From Octopus vulgaris (lineage: Eukaryota), in the NCBI GenBank assembly GCA_951406725.2, contig OX597825.1, positions 34,596,001 through 34,660,000 on the forward strand: a stretch of 64,000 bases of DNA, written 5' to 3'. The notes under the pieces are model-generated. The model searched no databases, had not been told where the DNA came from, and saw only the letters and a program-made list of their open reading frames with translations. A program made the position numbers and the translations under genes. Each line of letters begins with the position of its first letter. The stretch's first letter is position 1. Shown here piece by piece: positions 37,879-51,519 of this stretch.

Positions 37879-39334
37879 AACTAAGTTTAGCAAAAGAGAA
37901 CTGAATATAGAACTCCAGAGGTGGCATAACTGTGAATTGTATTACCGCAGTTATCACTGATTCACATTTCAACTGATAATGTTTAAAAATAATCTGTTCC
38001 TTATCAAATATGTATGAGAGAAGCTGAGTGTAAGTTGAGACTGTATTCATTGACCTCTGTCTTTGATAGTCATTGGTTGTAAAATGATAGGTTACACAAT
38101 TGCACTGATAAGAATATGTAATATGAATAAATTATTATGTACTGGGTATATGTACTAAATACTTTGGCAAATATAGATCAAGGAGTATATTGATGATATA
38201 GGTTAGATTTAAGAATATGTGCTGGCATGCTGGAGATCCACTAAAATATTCTTGGTGCACTTGTATGAGAAAATTGAAAAAAGAAAAAAGAAACTCTTTT
38301 CTTCATCATCATCATAACATCTATTTTACCATGTTTGCATGAATCAGACAAGGATATGTTGGGGCAGAGTTTTCTATGTTGGACATCCTTCCTGTCATCC
38401 ACTCTCGCTCACTCCCACTTGTTTCCAGATGTTGTAATAATCTCCTCATCAACAAATAGCCTGCATATGTTCACATGGAAAACTAGGAAAACCATCCTAT
38501 ATAAATGAACCTTTTAGCTTACAAAGATCACACAATATGGTTCAGTCATGACCTGAAGCCCAGATATGCTTTCACAGTGAATTTATAAGCAAACAACACC
38601 ATTAGCAAGCTATTGTTTGCAACCAACGAATATATGTGAAGACATGGGGCAATACAAACTCATACTATCTTTCTCACACACACACATACACATGACAGTC
38701 TTCTATCTCGGGGTAGTCAATTAAGGTATCATGCAGTGGGATTGAACCCAAACCCACACAGTTGGGAAACAGACTTTTTTTAGAAAATGAAATATAGAAA
38801 CCCAGATTGCTTAGATTGTTTTATTAATCATTATCATCATTTAACATGTGTTTTCCATGCAGCCATGGGTTGGATGGTTTGACCAGAGCTGGTAAGGTCA
38901 GAGCCCCACCAGGATCCATTGTCTGTTCTGGAATGGTCTCTATAGTTGGATGCTCTTCCTAATTGCCAACCACTCCACAGAGTGAACTGAATGCTTTCCA
39001 TGTGGCACCAGCATCAGTGCTTTTAATCATACTCTGTTTTTCAGCATACGAGTCGACTTAGTATTTAATGTAAACATACTGTGCAAACATTTCAAATATC
39101 ATCACTCTCTTTCAAAATACTGCTGTAGTTCACATGGAATTTTTGGTCCTCCAAAGTGGTCTCAGTGTACATATTGACCTACCTTTATTTGTTTGAAAAA
39201 TTTAACTTGTATGCTTTAGAATATGGCTGTTTGATATATAAAAAAAATTATGAATAACAGGATTTTCAAGACATCAAAAGTTTAAGTTGTATTATTGAAA
39301 TCTGTTCTACAGTGTACTTTTACCTTTTTAACCT

Positions 39335-39487
39335 TTTACTTGTGTCACTCATTAGACTGCGACCATGCTGGGGCACCACTTTGAAGAATCTTTTTAGCTA
39401 AGTGAATTGATTCTCATGCTTTTTCTTTTAAAGCCTGATACTTATTTTTTTAATCTTTTTTGCCAAACTGCTTAGTGACAGGGATGT

Positions 39488-39539
<52 letters not shown>

Positions 39540-39645
39540 CAGGCTTCTTTCAGTTTTGATCTACCATATCCACTCAAGGCTTTGGTTGGCCTGAGGTTAT
39601 AGTAGAAGGTGCTATGTAGTGGGACTGAGCCCAGAACCATGTGGT
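39335..39645 (-). mobile_element. OK-like SINE with internal (CA)n
   Basis: Reverse OK-like blocks; (CA)n at 39491-39538. Confidence 0.85.
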
Positions 39646-39689
39646 ACTGTTTAAGAACCAGTGACATTGTGTAAGGGAGAGAATCATTA

Positions 39690-39960
39690 GCCATTGCCTT
39701 TGCAGTGTAAGATGGCTAGTGCCCATAACCTTTGCAGGGTTGACCAGACAATTGAGGTCTGTGTGGTTGATGTTTAACTTGGATTGCTGTAGGTTGACAT
39801 GTATCAGAAAACTGTGACTGGAAGAAAATTTCAGAGCATTGCAGTTTGGGCTGGTGGTAAGGATTAGATGAGTTGCTTGAACAGGGTTTTGTGAGTAACA
39901 TAGTAGAGGTGGTGAGAGAGATAAAGGTAGATGGCTCACATCTAGCTAGTTCAGAGGATC
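39690..39960 (-). mobile_element. CR1/Jockey-group LINE 3' end
   Basis: NALKFSSSHSFLIHVNLQQSKLNINHTDL resembles WN.LP.HVFP...NLQ.FK..IN; similar to 61300-61545. Confidence 0.5.
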
Positions 39961-40129
39961 AAGAACTAGTAAAAGTATGAGACAGAGAGGACATAGCATG
40001 TAAATAGGCTAATAGTAAGGGCAGCATGAGGGTGAATAAAGTTTGCTAATCAGTTAGATGTGTGGCAGTGGTGGTGGTACCAGTGGTGACAATGATGACA
40101 TTATCAGTTAATGTATAAGAAAATAAATA

Positions 40130-41100
40130 CAGAATTCATAAAAAATACTCTGAGGTACATCATAGCTGATAAAATGTGATTTGAATAGTTAATTTAACAC
40201 ACACTGCAGTGGAGTACTCTGATGAAAAAATACTTTTGATTTGAGAAATGAAAGATCTGGGAATCCCTTAAGCAAATTTGCCAGAAGGTTCTTCTGATAA
40301 AAATTGTGGAAGACTTTGCTTGTGTCAAGGTCTATAAATTCTCAAGGATAAAAGACCTCTTTTTTTATTGTGGCTGTATAAAAATCTTTCATTATTTCTA
40401 CTAAAGTCATCCAAACAATAAGGATTTAGGAATCTGGAATTGGTTGTTTGTGTGACTAGAAAAATATTTGAAAGACTGAAGATAGTGTTAGCAATGTTTG
40501 TAGAATATTTCTAACAGGAATTATGATAAGAACACTTATGCCTTGACTCTCAGAGGCCACTGATGTTTGACATTTAAAAGTGAATCACCAGTAAATCTAG
40601 CCTTAGAGTTAGTCACTGAGGAAGGAAACACTTGAGGTGTTACAGAAAGCGCCCCAAAAATAATTGTGAGGTTATTGTTTATGATGTTCTTATCTGATAG
40701 TGATATATAACAAATCTGCGAAAGAGAGTCCTCTTGGTACATAATGAGAAAGTTCTGATACTATTAACATCACAGAGATTAATAATCAATAACAGCAGAT
40801 TTACCATTTCTCAGTAAAATATAATTTTAGGTTTATTTGATGTCTGAGCCATAGTGAGATTTACAACATTGATTTTGATGTGGCTACTGCTTGTATTTAT
40901 TTCCCTCTGTATTAATATCTTCTCTGTTGCCAAGAACGAGCCAACCTTTTTGGATTGCTTCCATTGTTTTTTCTGTCTGTCTCACAGCTGATGATAATAA
41001 AGTCCATTTTGGTATTTACATGGAATGATAATCTTATGAGCACTCCTTCACAAGTAGATGTCCAGTTTTAATTTTGATAGAGATAAAATTCATATCTGCA
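40130..41100 (+). mobile_element. Possible heavily decayed L1/Tx1-like RT region
   Basis: Weak ordered resemblance only: IMRK, IDFDVATACI (cf. SMRKG, IDFEKAFDSI); many stops. Confidence 0.3.
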
Positions 41101-41537
41101 GGTAATTTTTGTTGTTTAGCCCCAACTCCATCCTGATTGAGCAGATGTATTATCAAAAGCATTCTAGCCACGATCATCACATTTATTTTTCAGACCTAAT
41201 ATAGCTCAGTTCACATTATCTGATATGTTCTTTAAGATAGTAGGGTGTGGTTTGAAGGAGACTTAACAGCTGTTTCTAGCAAGTTGAGTAACTATGGCTC
41301 ACTTGTATGAAAGGCTGTTATAGTGGCATCTTCAGTATTGCTATTGTTTTTCTCTGGGTGTTCCAGCCATGGCTAACCATGCCTTTTTTCAGACATCATG
41401 TATCTAAGACTACGTTATCTAATATATAACTTCCTTTCTTTCTTTTTTAAAGATGATATGGTGTAGTTTGAGGGAAATTTGGCTGCTATATTTAGACCTT
41501 GAACAACCTTGTACAAATTGTTACCTTGTGATCTACA

Positions 41538-41765
41538 TTAACCTTTTAGCATTTAAGCCAACCATATCCAGCCATGATATTCTAACTGTTTTATGTATGA
41601 ACTAGCCAGGCACACCCTCACATACCTACTCTACAGTGTCATTCTAAAAATAAACTATCATATCATTAAAATCTTGATGTTACAAGATTGTGCAGGATTA
41701 ATTGAAAATAATTTGAATAAATAAGCATTGTATTTGACAGAATAATGTGAATGCTAAAGGGTGAA
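41538..41765 (-). mobile_element. piggyBac-like MITE family A
   Basis: Reverse copy; TTAA-CCTTTTAGCATT ... AATGCTAAAGGG. Confidence 0.82.
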
Positions 41766-41864
41766 ATATACTTTCTACTCTTTTATGATATGGTTGAAGT
41801 GTTTTTGTTTTTTTTTAATTGGAATCTTTCAGTTTAACACCTGTTGTTGCTGCAATAGAAAATA

Positions 41865-42091
41865 TTAACTTTTTTGTTACCGTATTCCTGTTAAAACACA
41901 CTGCCTTTGTTTCAGTTAATCTTGAAAAAATGATTTAGTAAAATAATCTTTTTCTTTATTAACCTGGTGTTTGAAACTTAAATTTTCATAAAATTTTGCT
42001 GAAAGGTTTTAATTTAGATCACTTTAAAATAGGAAGGTTGTTTCATAGAACCAGCAGCAGACTCAAAAGTATCTGGTATTAAAAGGGCTAA
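41865..42091 (+). mobile_element. piggyBac-like MITE family B
   Basis: Co-linear with 37658-37878. Confidence 0.8.
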
Positions 42092-42284
42092 ATCAAAGAG
42101 TATCAAGTAGAATACTTTGTGTTATTTAGTTAGAGCCCATTACACCCTGTTCAATTTTGACTTTTATCCTTTTGCTGCTGCTGCTGCTGGTGATGGTGGT
42201 GTTTGCTGTTGTTGTTGTTGTGCAATTAAATAAAGTACCTGTACCCTTCCTCAAAATGTGTTGTGCTAATATTAGAAATCAATA

Positions 42285-42510
42285 TAGGGTAGTGAGGCGG
42301 CAGAATTATTAGCATGTTGGGCAAATGCTTAGCAGCACTTCATCTGTCTTAATGTTCTGAGTTCAAAATCCATCAAGGTTGACTTTGCCTTTCATCCTCA
42401 CAGGGTTGATAAAATAAGTACCAGTTGAGCACTGTGGTCAATGTAATCTATTTAACCCCTCCTCTGGAATTGCTGGTCTTGTGCTAAAATTTGAAACCAG
42501 TATTAGAAAT
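42285..42510 (+). mobile_element. OR-like SINE, CpG-decayed
   Basis: Co-linear with 1534-1751, with most CpGs changed to TG or CA. Confidence 0.85.
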
Positions 42511-45500
42511 CAATATTTTCTGCTTATAGTATTCCTCATCTCTTTTATAGTTTTGAATTCATTCTTCACCAAATTGTGCCATATAGGCTGTTTGTATAGC
42601 ATCTGTGCTTCATTTTGTTTTCACATGTTACTTTGCTTTGAGCTGGTTTATTCTAACAATACATGTGATATGGGTGGCATGCATAGTTTCTCTGTAGTTG
42701 AAGTTTTATGACACATATTCCACTTAACCCAGTGCACTCCTTCCTATGAATGACATTACTTTCATGAAACATCATAAAGAAAGTAATATGATATTTTTGT
42801 GAGCATCTACTGATTATGTTCATCCATACAGGTGTGGCTGTGTGGTTGAGAAGCTTACTTCCCATTCCTGTGGTTTTGGGTTCAGTCCTACTGTGTGGCA
42901 CCTTGGGGAAGTGTCAACCAGAGACTTGTGAGTGGATTTGGTTGTCAGAACCTGAAAACACAAAGATACACACACATATATGACTGGCTTTCACACAGTT
43001 TCTGTCTACAAAATTCACTTACAAAGCATTGGTCATAGCTTGGGGTTGTAGCAGAAAACACTTGCTCAAGGCATCATGCAGTGGGACTTTCTGCATGTCT
43101 GCTACATAGAAAGTCCTTCTTCTCTACCATCTGGCCTATATTACTAATACACCTAATGTGCACCCATAGTTTGCATTGCTTAGGTATACAATATGGAATT
43201 CCTTCATATTCTTTTTCCGATATATCAAACCTGACCTTTTTCCAGTAGACATCTTTCTACTAGTAACTTTTGTCTTTGATTTCTGAGTGTACAGAGTAAA
43301 CACCCATACATAACTTCATGTTGATCTGCTGTGTATTTTTCCTTCAGGTCTCTACTCTGGTGAATAAATAGGAGTTTTAGGGTTGAATAGAATAGCATCA
43401 GCTTCTGAAATACTTCTTGAGGAATCTGTTTCAAGCTTGTAAGACGTTGCCCTTTTCATTCTTGAAGATGACAACTGTGTATTGATTTTTATTCTTTCTA
43501 TTAAATTAGGTGCTTTCAGAGTGATAAAGCACTTCAAACCCTCTTGGATAAATCTTTGTATACGTTCTCATCAAAAATAACTGCAAAGGCCCTCAAGAAG
43601 TTAATTTGGCAGTGAGACTTAATACATGTTGATGAAAGTTTACATATGAATGTGTGTGAGAGGGAGAAAGAGAGAGAGAGAGAGGGAGATGAGTTCAATA
43701 TCTGACAGATGTTTAAACTAAACGTCATCATATCAATTTCACCAAACAAGGAGGACCTGGAAAGGCCAGGATCACTCCTTCTCTTCTAACAAGCATATAA
43801 AAGGAAACATCTGCTGTAGTGTATCTGGGTGGAACACATTGTTCCACAATATCTCAAATTAGCTAACTGTTGGGAATATGTACCAGAACTGCCTGGTTTA
43901 ATCTACATGCACTAGCTTTATCTGATTGAGTCTCAGCCCAGCAGGATCTACCTATTCCCTTGGTACATGTTACTATTAGCTCCAGACTTTAAATACAGGC
44001 TAATATCAGAGTTGATTAACATGTGACCTTTTAAAGGACTAATTGTGATCTTCTGAAAGAATTACTAGGTTTTTGAGGAAAATTATCTTTTATTTTTCAC
44101 TTGTTTCAGTCATTGAACTGCATCTGTGCTGGGGTACCACCATGATGAGTTTAATTAAACAAATTGGTTCCACCATTTATTTTTGAAGCCCAATAATTCT
44201 TCTCTTAGTTTCTTTTGCGAAACCACCATCAGTTGTCAAACAATCATGGTAGTGGGTGGCGAATACAGAGTCACACACACACACATATATATAAGGGATT
44301 TCTTTTAGTTTCCCTCTACGAAATCTTCTCATGAGGTTTTGGACAGCCATTGACTTTAATAGAAAACACTTGCCCTATGTTCAGTGGGGCTGAACCCAAG
44401 ATTACATGGTTAGGGAACAAGCTTCTTAAGTACATTGCCACACTGTACCTCTGCAGAAATATATTTTAGTTGGTTCAATTTTACCTAAAGCATCTCTGTT
44501 AACTCCTTCTTTATATCCCTTTACACTTGTTATCATTTATATCAAGTAATCACTTTAAAAGTAAGCTAAGTTGTATTTAATATACCATTGAAATCCTGAG
44601 AGATTTTTAGAAAATATAATGTAAAAAGAAATGGTTATGATGGAGGTGTTTATTCTGAAACTCTGTTTTTTTAAATATTTAATAATTACATTTTATAAAA
44701 TAATAAGGTTTAGCAGTACAAATGGCTTTTTTTGAAATGCAGCCTTGTTAGATAAGTTAACTTCAATACAGCATTCTGATATAAAAAGCTTTCCACCTCT
44801 GGGCTAGATACCATGGCTAGTGAACACGTTAAACTCACCATCATCCCCCACCAGGTGGATACCTTCTACAGCTGTATCGTCTCCTCCTCCCCATGACATA
44901 TACACACACTTTCGCATAGGGACTTGGACTGCAGATGGGAAATATAATGGGTTGAACATATTCAGTCAAAGAGATAGGATATAATTAAACTAAAGGGAAA
45001 AAGGCAAACGGTTTGAGACTAATTGGCTGCTATAGTACTTCAGCACATTCCTGCACCTGCACAACATTATTAACTACAGAGAGCTCTGTGATCATTTGTC
45101 TTACTAGAAATAGCACCTCAATTTTTTTTTTCTATCACATCTTACTATCTATGAATGACACCTTGGACAATATTATTCTCTCATGTACAAAATGACAATA
45201 TGGTCATGGCTGGACCACTTTTGATCATAGTTATGCTCAAACAGGGCTAACCTGGGGTGAAACAACAACAACCAGTATGTCTTCTAGCATTCATTTCATA
45301 GATGCCTGAGGAAAGTACACCAGACTTATTTTAGACACATTTCTCTCTACTGATATTCTGATTCATACAAATAGACAATGCTGTGTAATTTTTGAATATC
45401 TGATGACTCTCATCTTCATTGTATACCAACATTAGCAATCCTCTTATTCTCAGCTTCTTTCTTGGCTTCATATACCTAACATCCAGCTTCCTACTTATCT

Positions 45501-45881
45501 TTCTGATATCACTCCTAGCTACCTACATTCTTCCACTCCTATGCTTTTATATATGAGCATGTTACTTAACTCATCTATCAACAATATACTATACCCATGT
45601 TGCTTGCTGCTTAACTGGAGACCTGCTTCATCCAAGGAACTAAAAGGCTCAAGGCAGGTTGTCTCTGAAGAACACCTGTTTTTTTTTTTGTGTGTGTGCT
45701 TTTTTCTTTATTTCAAGACGTTTTCTACCCAACCACATGGTTCTGGGTGTAGTCCCACCTTGATCATTTGTCTTCTACTATAGCCCCGAACTAACCAAAA
45801 CCTTATGAGTGTATTTGATAGACTGAAAGAAGCTTGTCACATGTGTGCATGTATATATGTATGTATGTGTATCGATTGAGC

Positions 45882-46068
45882 TGTCGCTACTGATGAGTTT
45901 GTAATTTTCAAACAAAACTAGCCTCGTATAATGATCTAGTTTTACTGTGGGGCAGTTATCTCCCCTGTTAGTATATGAAAATGTTTTCTTGCAGCTTTAC
46001 TCTCGCTCACAATTAGTGGCAATTGAATTTTTTGTTTATGGTTTTATTTTGCGTATAGCCATCTTTGT

Positions 46069-46108
<40 letters not shown>

Positions 46109-46250
46109 GACACATTAAAAATTTTTTTTTTCAAAAATGTGACTACATGTGGACTGTTGGCGATTTTTTCCCTCTCCTTCCTTTTCCTTTGGATTTCCCT
46201 GTGTTTCCTATTTCCAAAGAGCTATGCTTAAAATATAAAACAATCACTTT
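45882..46250 (+). mobile_element. Penelope-like terminal sequences with decayed hammerhead motifs
   Basis: CTGATGA-GTTTG-loop-CAAAC-AAAA-CTAG at 45890-45921; a second decayed motif 'ccaaagagctatgcttaaaatata' at about 46214-46237. Confidence 0.45.
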
Positions 46251-46353
46251 TTTCATTCTCTGTGTGTCCTTATTAATACTTTACATGTGCTACATCCGCA
46301 TGTTTTTTTTTTTCTTGTTGCCTTTTTCCTTGCTTTTTTTTAATTAGCTATAT

Positions 46354-46737
46354 ACTAGCAGTATCGCCCAGCGTTGCTTGGGCTTGTTTTCTTTTCGACC
46401 CTTTAGAAGTGGAATTTTTGAAAAGTAAAAATTTTGCATTATGTAGCTTGTTATTCTCTTTGAGTGAACATTTTTCTGGTTGAAATACACCGAAAAATGG
46501 CGACACAGCAGTCAAAAAATCGTAAAAAATAGGGATTTTCATAGAAAAAAAGCACCTTTTTGATCTAAATAATTTTTGGTGTTAACTTGGTCCGATTTGA
46601 ATTTTATCTTCTATGTACTCTTCTATCATACTCTGAATTTTGGTCAACTTGCGCTGCAGGGTCTTGGAGGAGATAGTGTTAGTTGAAGGCTACCAAACCT
46701 GCCTCACACAGACAACTTCAGCTTTATATATAGAGAT
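46354..46737 (+). mobile_element. Non-autonomous Helitron/Helentron-like element
   Basis: 5' ACTAGCAGTATCGCCCAGCGTTGCTTGGG hairpin; 3' 'ggaggagatag...acacagacaac...ctttatatatagagat'; same layout as 7829-8740. Confidence 0.65.
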
Positions 46738-48691
46738 TTATTTATATATATGATGTGTGTGTGTGCGTTTGTGCTTGTTCCCCACAGCTGTCTAACAACC
46801 ATTGTTGGTTTGTTTATGCCCCTTTAATCTAGCAGTCCAGCAAAAGAGATTGACAGTAAAATACTAGGCTTAAAAAATAAGTAATGGGGTTGATTCCTTC
46901 AAACTAAAATGGCTGCAGTCCAATGACTGGAAGAAGTAACAGAGAAGATGAAAAATAAACATCATTTGTTTCCTGATAATTTTCAATCCAGGGTCACTCA
47001 CTTACCAGTGATGGAAGAGGGTTTCAGGAACTAGGGTCATGCTATGGTTTGCGGTGCTGAAGTTAGGAAGAAGAATGGGTTGACACTGTAAGTCCTCTAC
47101 CTTGCAGGAGCTGGAAAGTGAAGGAATGCCACCACCCAATATACTCCATCATTTCAATCACTGCTCACCACTTCTGTATTTTGAGGGACATTTTCCTTAC
47201 AAGAAAGATGGATAGAAAGAGAGACTGCTCAAAACTCTTACAACTATCAATCAGTTTCCTATAAAAAATCAAGTCGATTTAGCTTTCCTTTTCACCCCGT
47301 TGAGTGTTAAGTGGTCAGTTGACTGACTGTTTTTCTGAAGTTTGTGAAGTAAGTGGTATGGTATTAAGATTTTGCATCATAGAACTGCAGAAGGCTTTTC
47401 TGATGTTTCATATCATCATTGAAGTTAAGTTATGATGACAGTCTTACTCTATCAGCAATCATAAAACCATGCTTTCTCATATAAAATATTCTTTTGCACC
47501 TCCATTAATCCTACATATTGATTGAGCAGAGCACATGGTTGAAAATGTTTTAGTCATGGCCATCCTGTTATTTTAGGCACACCTAGGACTATATTTACTT
47601 TCTTCTATTGGAGGTCACTCGGAAAGGGTGGGAAACAACCAACAAGACAGGTTTACCCCATGCAAACTACTTAGAAATTATGGAAGTAACAAAAGAAAAC
47701 AAAAATCTAATGAGGAACTGATCTAAGAATCCTAAAATGATCAACATAAGATTCAAAAGAATTAACATCACATTTATCCAGTGTATTCCTTCCTTTTTTT
47801 AAAAATAATAGTGGAGTTGATTTGAGGGAGATTAGGCTATTTCTAAAAGAGACTCTCATGTAATCCAGAATGTCATTTACACATAATAATGAGTGACTTG
47901 AGAAAAATTTAGCTACTATTTCTAGCAAGTCAGGTGATTACATAGAGCTTCCTAGTTGGCTTGTAGTTAATAATGGAGTGCAGGTGCAGGAATGTGCTGG
48001 TGTACTATAGCAGACAATTAGTCTCAGACTGTTTGCCTTTTTCCCTTAAGTTTAATTATATTTTCTCTCTTTGACTGTGGATATATTCAATCCTTTAATA
48101 TATCCATAGATTACATCATCTTATTCTATCATTTATCTTGACTTATTTAACTACTCCAAAGCAGTAAGATAAACTCTTTGTAGTTATTAAAAAATAAATA
48201 GAGCTTCTGTCACTCTATTTATTTTTTAATAAGATCACTGGCTCTTAGTGACATCAATGCCTGTTTTGGCTCTGTATTTCTATTGCTGAGGTATCTATCA
48301 CTGACAAGGCCAAATTAGGCCAAAATCACCAAATAACTATATGAGAGTTTTCTCTTTTGGTATATATATCATAGTATTTGTGTTTTCTAACACAACATCC
48401 ATATGTCTATTTGCTTCTCTGTAAAAAATATAACTACAAGGCCCATACCAGAGATATTACCCAGTCTTTTTGTACTGTTGCTTCTTGACTGTGAGGAAAA
48501 TGGTTGAACAAAATCTTCTCCATCTCCCCTCATGTTTTCATCATGCATATACCACTCATCTTCCACTTCAGCATTTCAGCTACTTAACAACACCTACAGT
48601 CTATTGTGCTGATGTTGACAAAGACAAACCTGAGAAAAAGATTCTTTTTATTGTTTGTTTTGTAGCTTGTCAGCTCTGATTGAGCAACCCT

Positions 48692-49335
48692 CTGGCCCTT
48701 TAAATACTAACCCACCTTAGACCACCTCTATGATACCAAACTTCCTGTTTTAAAGCTGATTTAACCCTTTGGCATTCGGATTACTCTGTCAAATGTAATG
48801 CTGATTTATTCACATTATTTTCAATTAATCATGCATTATATTGTAGCTTTGAGATTTCAATTATATAATAGTCTATTTTTAGAATGACATTGTAAGATAG
48901 GCATGAGAGGCTAGATCTGGCCAGTTTAAATCTAAAACAGGTAGAATATTTGGGCCAGGTATGATTTATATAAATACTAAATGATTAAATTAAAACTACC
49001 CATTAACCTTTCATGTTAATAATTTTGTTATCAAATTTCTGTGGGAATACACTGCTTTTGTCTCAGTTAATTATCAAAATAACGAAGAATTTAGTAAAAT
49101 AGCTCTGTCATTATTAATCTGGTGTTCAGAACATAAATTGACATGAAATTTTGCTGGAAGGTTTTTGGATCACGTAAAAATGGAAATTTTATATCACAGA
49201 TCTCGAGCAGAGTTAATTTATGTTCCACACATTAGCTTAATACTGACAAAAGTAATTTACTAAATTCTTCAATGTTTTCATGATTAACTGAAATAACAGT
49301 GGTATTTCTCAACAGAAATAAAGCAAAAGGGTTAA
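48692..49335 (-). mobile_element. Nested piggyBac-like MITEs: family B (-) containing family A (48761-48988, +) and family B (49016-49216, +)
   Basis: Each insert is bounded by TTAA; the outer halves rejoin into a reverse family-B copy. Confidence 0.8.
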
Positions 49336-49443
49336 AGGGGTCTTCTCTTAGGCATAATATCTTCAAAACTAAATCAATCATACAATGTTTCTAAAATAGT
49401 AGGTTGTGAATTGAAGGAGATTATGCTGCTGTTTTTAGTAGAT

Positions 49444-49701
49444 CGATGGTTCTCAACCATTTTTTACCTATGGATGCCTTTGATTCCTATTTTACTCAGA
49501 TGGAGCCCCACAGCCATTTGATGATTTAAAAATCCTATTATATTTTTGTAATTAAATATTATCAGGAATTATATTTTAAAAAATTGTTAAAATATTTTGT
49601 GTACTGTAGAAGTATGTCCAATTTATTGCATATATATTTTAACAACAAAATTTTATATGGAATATAAAATATATTCTTTGGACCCTGGTTGAGAACCACT
49701 G
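49444..49701. mobile_element. hAT (Charlie-like) MITE, 258 bp
   Basis: TIRs CGATGGTTCTCAACCA / TGGTTGAGAACCACTG; 8-bp TSD TAGTAGAT/TGGTAGAT. Confidence 0.85.
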
Positions 49702-50273
49702 TGGTAGATTGCTAAGGTTCCTTGATATTGTCTTTTTAAGCTTCAAGTAAGCCATGCTTTGAACAGACCTGTATCATTCTAGCGAATATAATTTCTTTGT
49801 TTTCCTAAACATTCTATACCCTGGTGATTAGTTCTTGCAAGTTGAGTGCAGTTATAGTTGTTTAGTCTCAAATTAGCCTTGCTCGATTATCTCATCCTTT
49901 TGTAAGACATGTAGTACATAAAGGGCCACATTACCTAATGTATTCTTTTCTGAAATAGTAAGGGGTAACTTGAGGGTTATTTGGCTGCTAATTCTAGCAC
50001 ATGCAATGACCACATAATGGTTTTCTTTGTTGTAGTCCCTGTGGGGTTTTTGATAATGATCAGAATGTGCTCACACCTGACTCACAACTCCTACAGTGTT
50101 AAGTGCTGACGTGGAAGGTATTCTTGTTCACACAGCTGGTGCCATAAAACAATCTGTTGTAGAAATGGAAGTAGGAGTTAATATTAATTTAAATAAGGCA
50201 AGATTAACATACACCTCCCTTGTGTGTGTGTGTACACACACACATACACACATTTATGTTATATATATATATG

Positions 50274-50325
<52 letters not shown>

Positions 50326-50526
50326 TGTATGTATATATAAACCAATTTCAATGGATTTCGCCCAAATTTAATGTCCATGTTTGTTTTGAAATAAAAAATT
50401 TGATTAGCTTAATGATCCTAATTTAATCCCAGGCAAAGCCAGGTTATATTGCTAGTATATCATATATATATATATATATATATATGTATATCATATATTT
50501 ATATATATCATACATTTATATTTATA

Positions 50527-50930
50527 TCATCATCATCATCATTTAACGTCCTCTTTCCATGCTAGCATGGATTGGACGATTTGAGTGAGATCTGGTGAAC
50601 CAGATGGCTGCACCAGACTCCAATCTGATCTGGCAGAGTTTCTACGGCTGGATGCCCTTCTTAACGCCAACCACTCCGAGAGTGTAGTGGGTGTTTTTAC
50701 GTGCCACTGGCACGAAGGCCAGTCAGGCAGTACTGGCAGCGGCCATGCTCAATGGTGCTTTTTATGTCCCACCTGCACAGGAGCCAGTCCAGTGGCACTG
50801 GCAACGACCTCGTTCGAATGTTTTTTCATGTGCCACCAGCACAAGTGCCAGTAAGGTGACACTGCTAGCGATCACGCTCAAATGGTGCTTTTCTACGTGC
50901 CATCGGCATGGAGGCCAGCTTGTTGCTCCT
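50527..50930 (-). mobile_element. RTE-tail SINE with internal 'gtgcttttacgtgccac'-type repeats
   Basis: (CAT)n tail, 'ggatgcccttcttaacgccaaccactcc', four degenerate internal repeats. Confidence 0.82.
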
Positions 50931-51258
50931 CAAGGCATTGCCCCAGCATGGCAGCATTTTTATAACTGAAGCAAGTAAAAGGATATATATATATATCACA
51001 CATATACACACACATATACATACATATATACATACACAAACACACACAAACACATATACAACCCACTGAGGGAATTATAACCCATTCAAAGTGTTAGAAA
51101 TAGTAACCAAATTTCCTTGAAATCACACTATTGTTTTTTTCCCCTATAATGCCTATCTTATTAACATGTACATGCAGAAAGAAATTTATATTTATTTTTA
51201 GTGAAATATCGAAATAAATTGCAGCAAATATATTTTCGTTTTGTTTTTCTATTTGTAG

Positions 51259-51398
51259 CTGTCCCATGTTTCGATCCACAACATATTACAGTTGTGGTTG
51301 GTCAGTCCAGTCCACTATTGCTTCAAGATTGAAATGACCTTTTAGTCTGTCCAAAACCTATCACTCCTCTTGTGCCTTAACACAACAATAGTGCACAG
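51259..51398 (+). other. Candidate 140-nt non-coding internal exon
   Basis: Strong acceptor ttttcgttttgtttttctatttgtAG and consensus donor CAG|GTAAGT around unique sequence; stops in all three frames. Confidence 0.4.
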
Positions 51399-51519
51399 GT
51401 AAGTCAATTCTTTTCATATATATATATCTAGAGAGAGAGAGAGAGAGAGAAAAAAAGACACTTAATTCAGAACCATTGTAAACTCTTACGTTTTGAGAAA
51501 TAGATAAAATATTTTGAAA

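Noticed and set aside
43225-43620. Overlapping minus-strand ORFs as a host gene
   Set aside because: Frame-broken; at most a faint L1/Tx1-like resemblance, too weak to call
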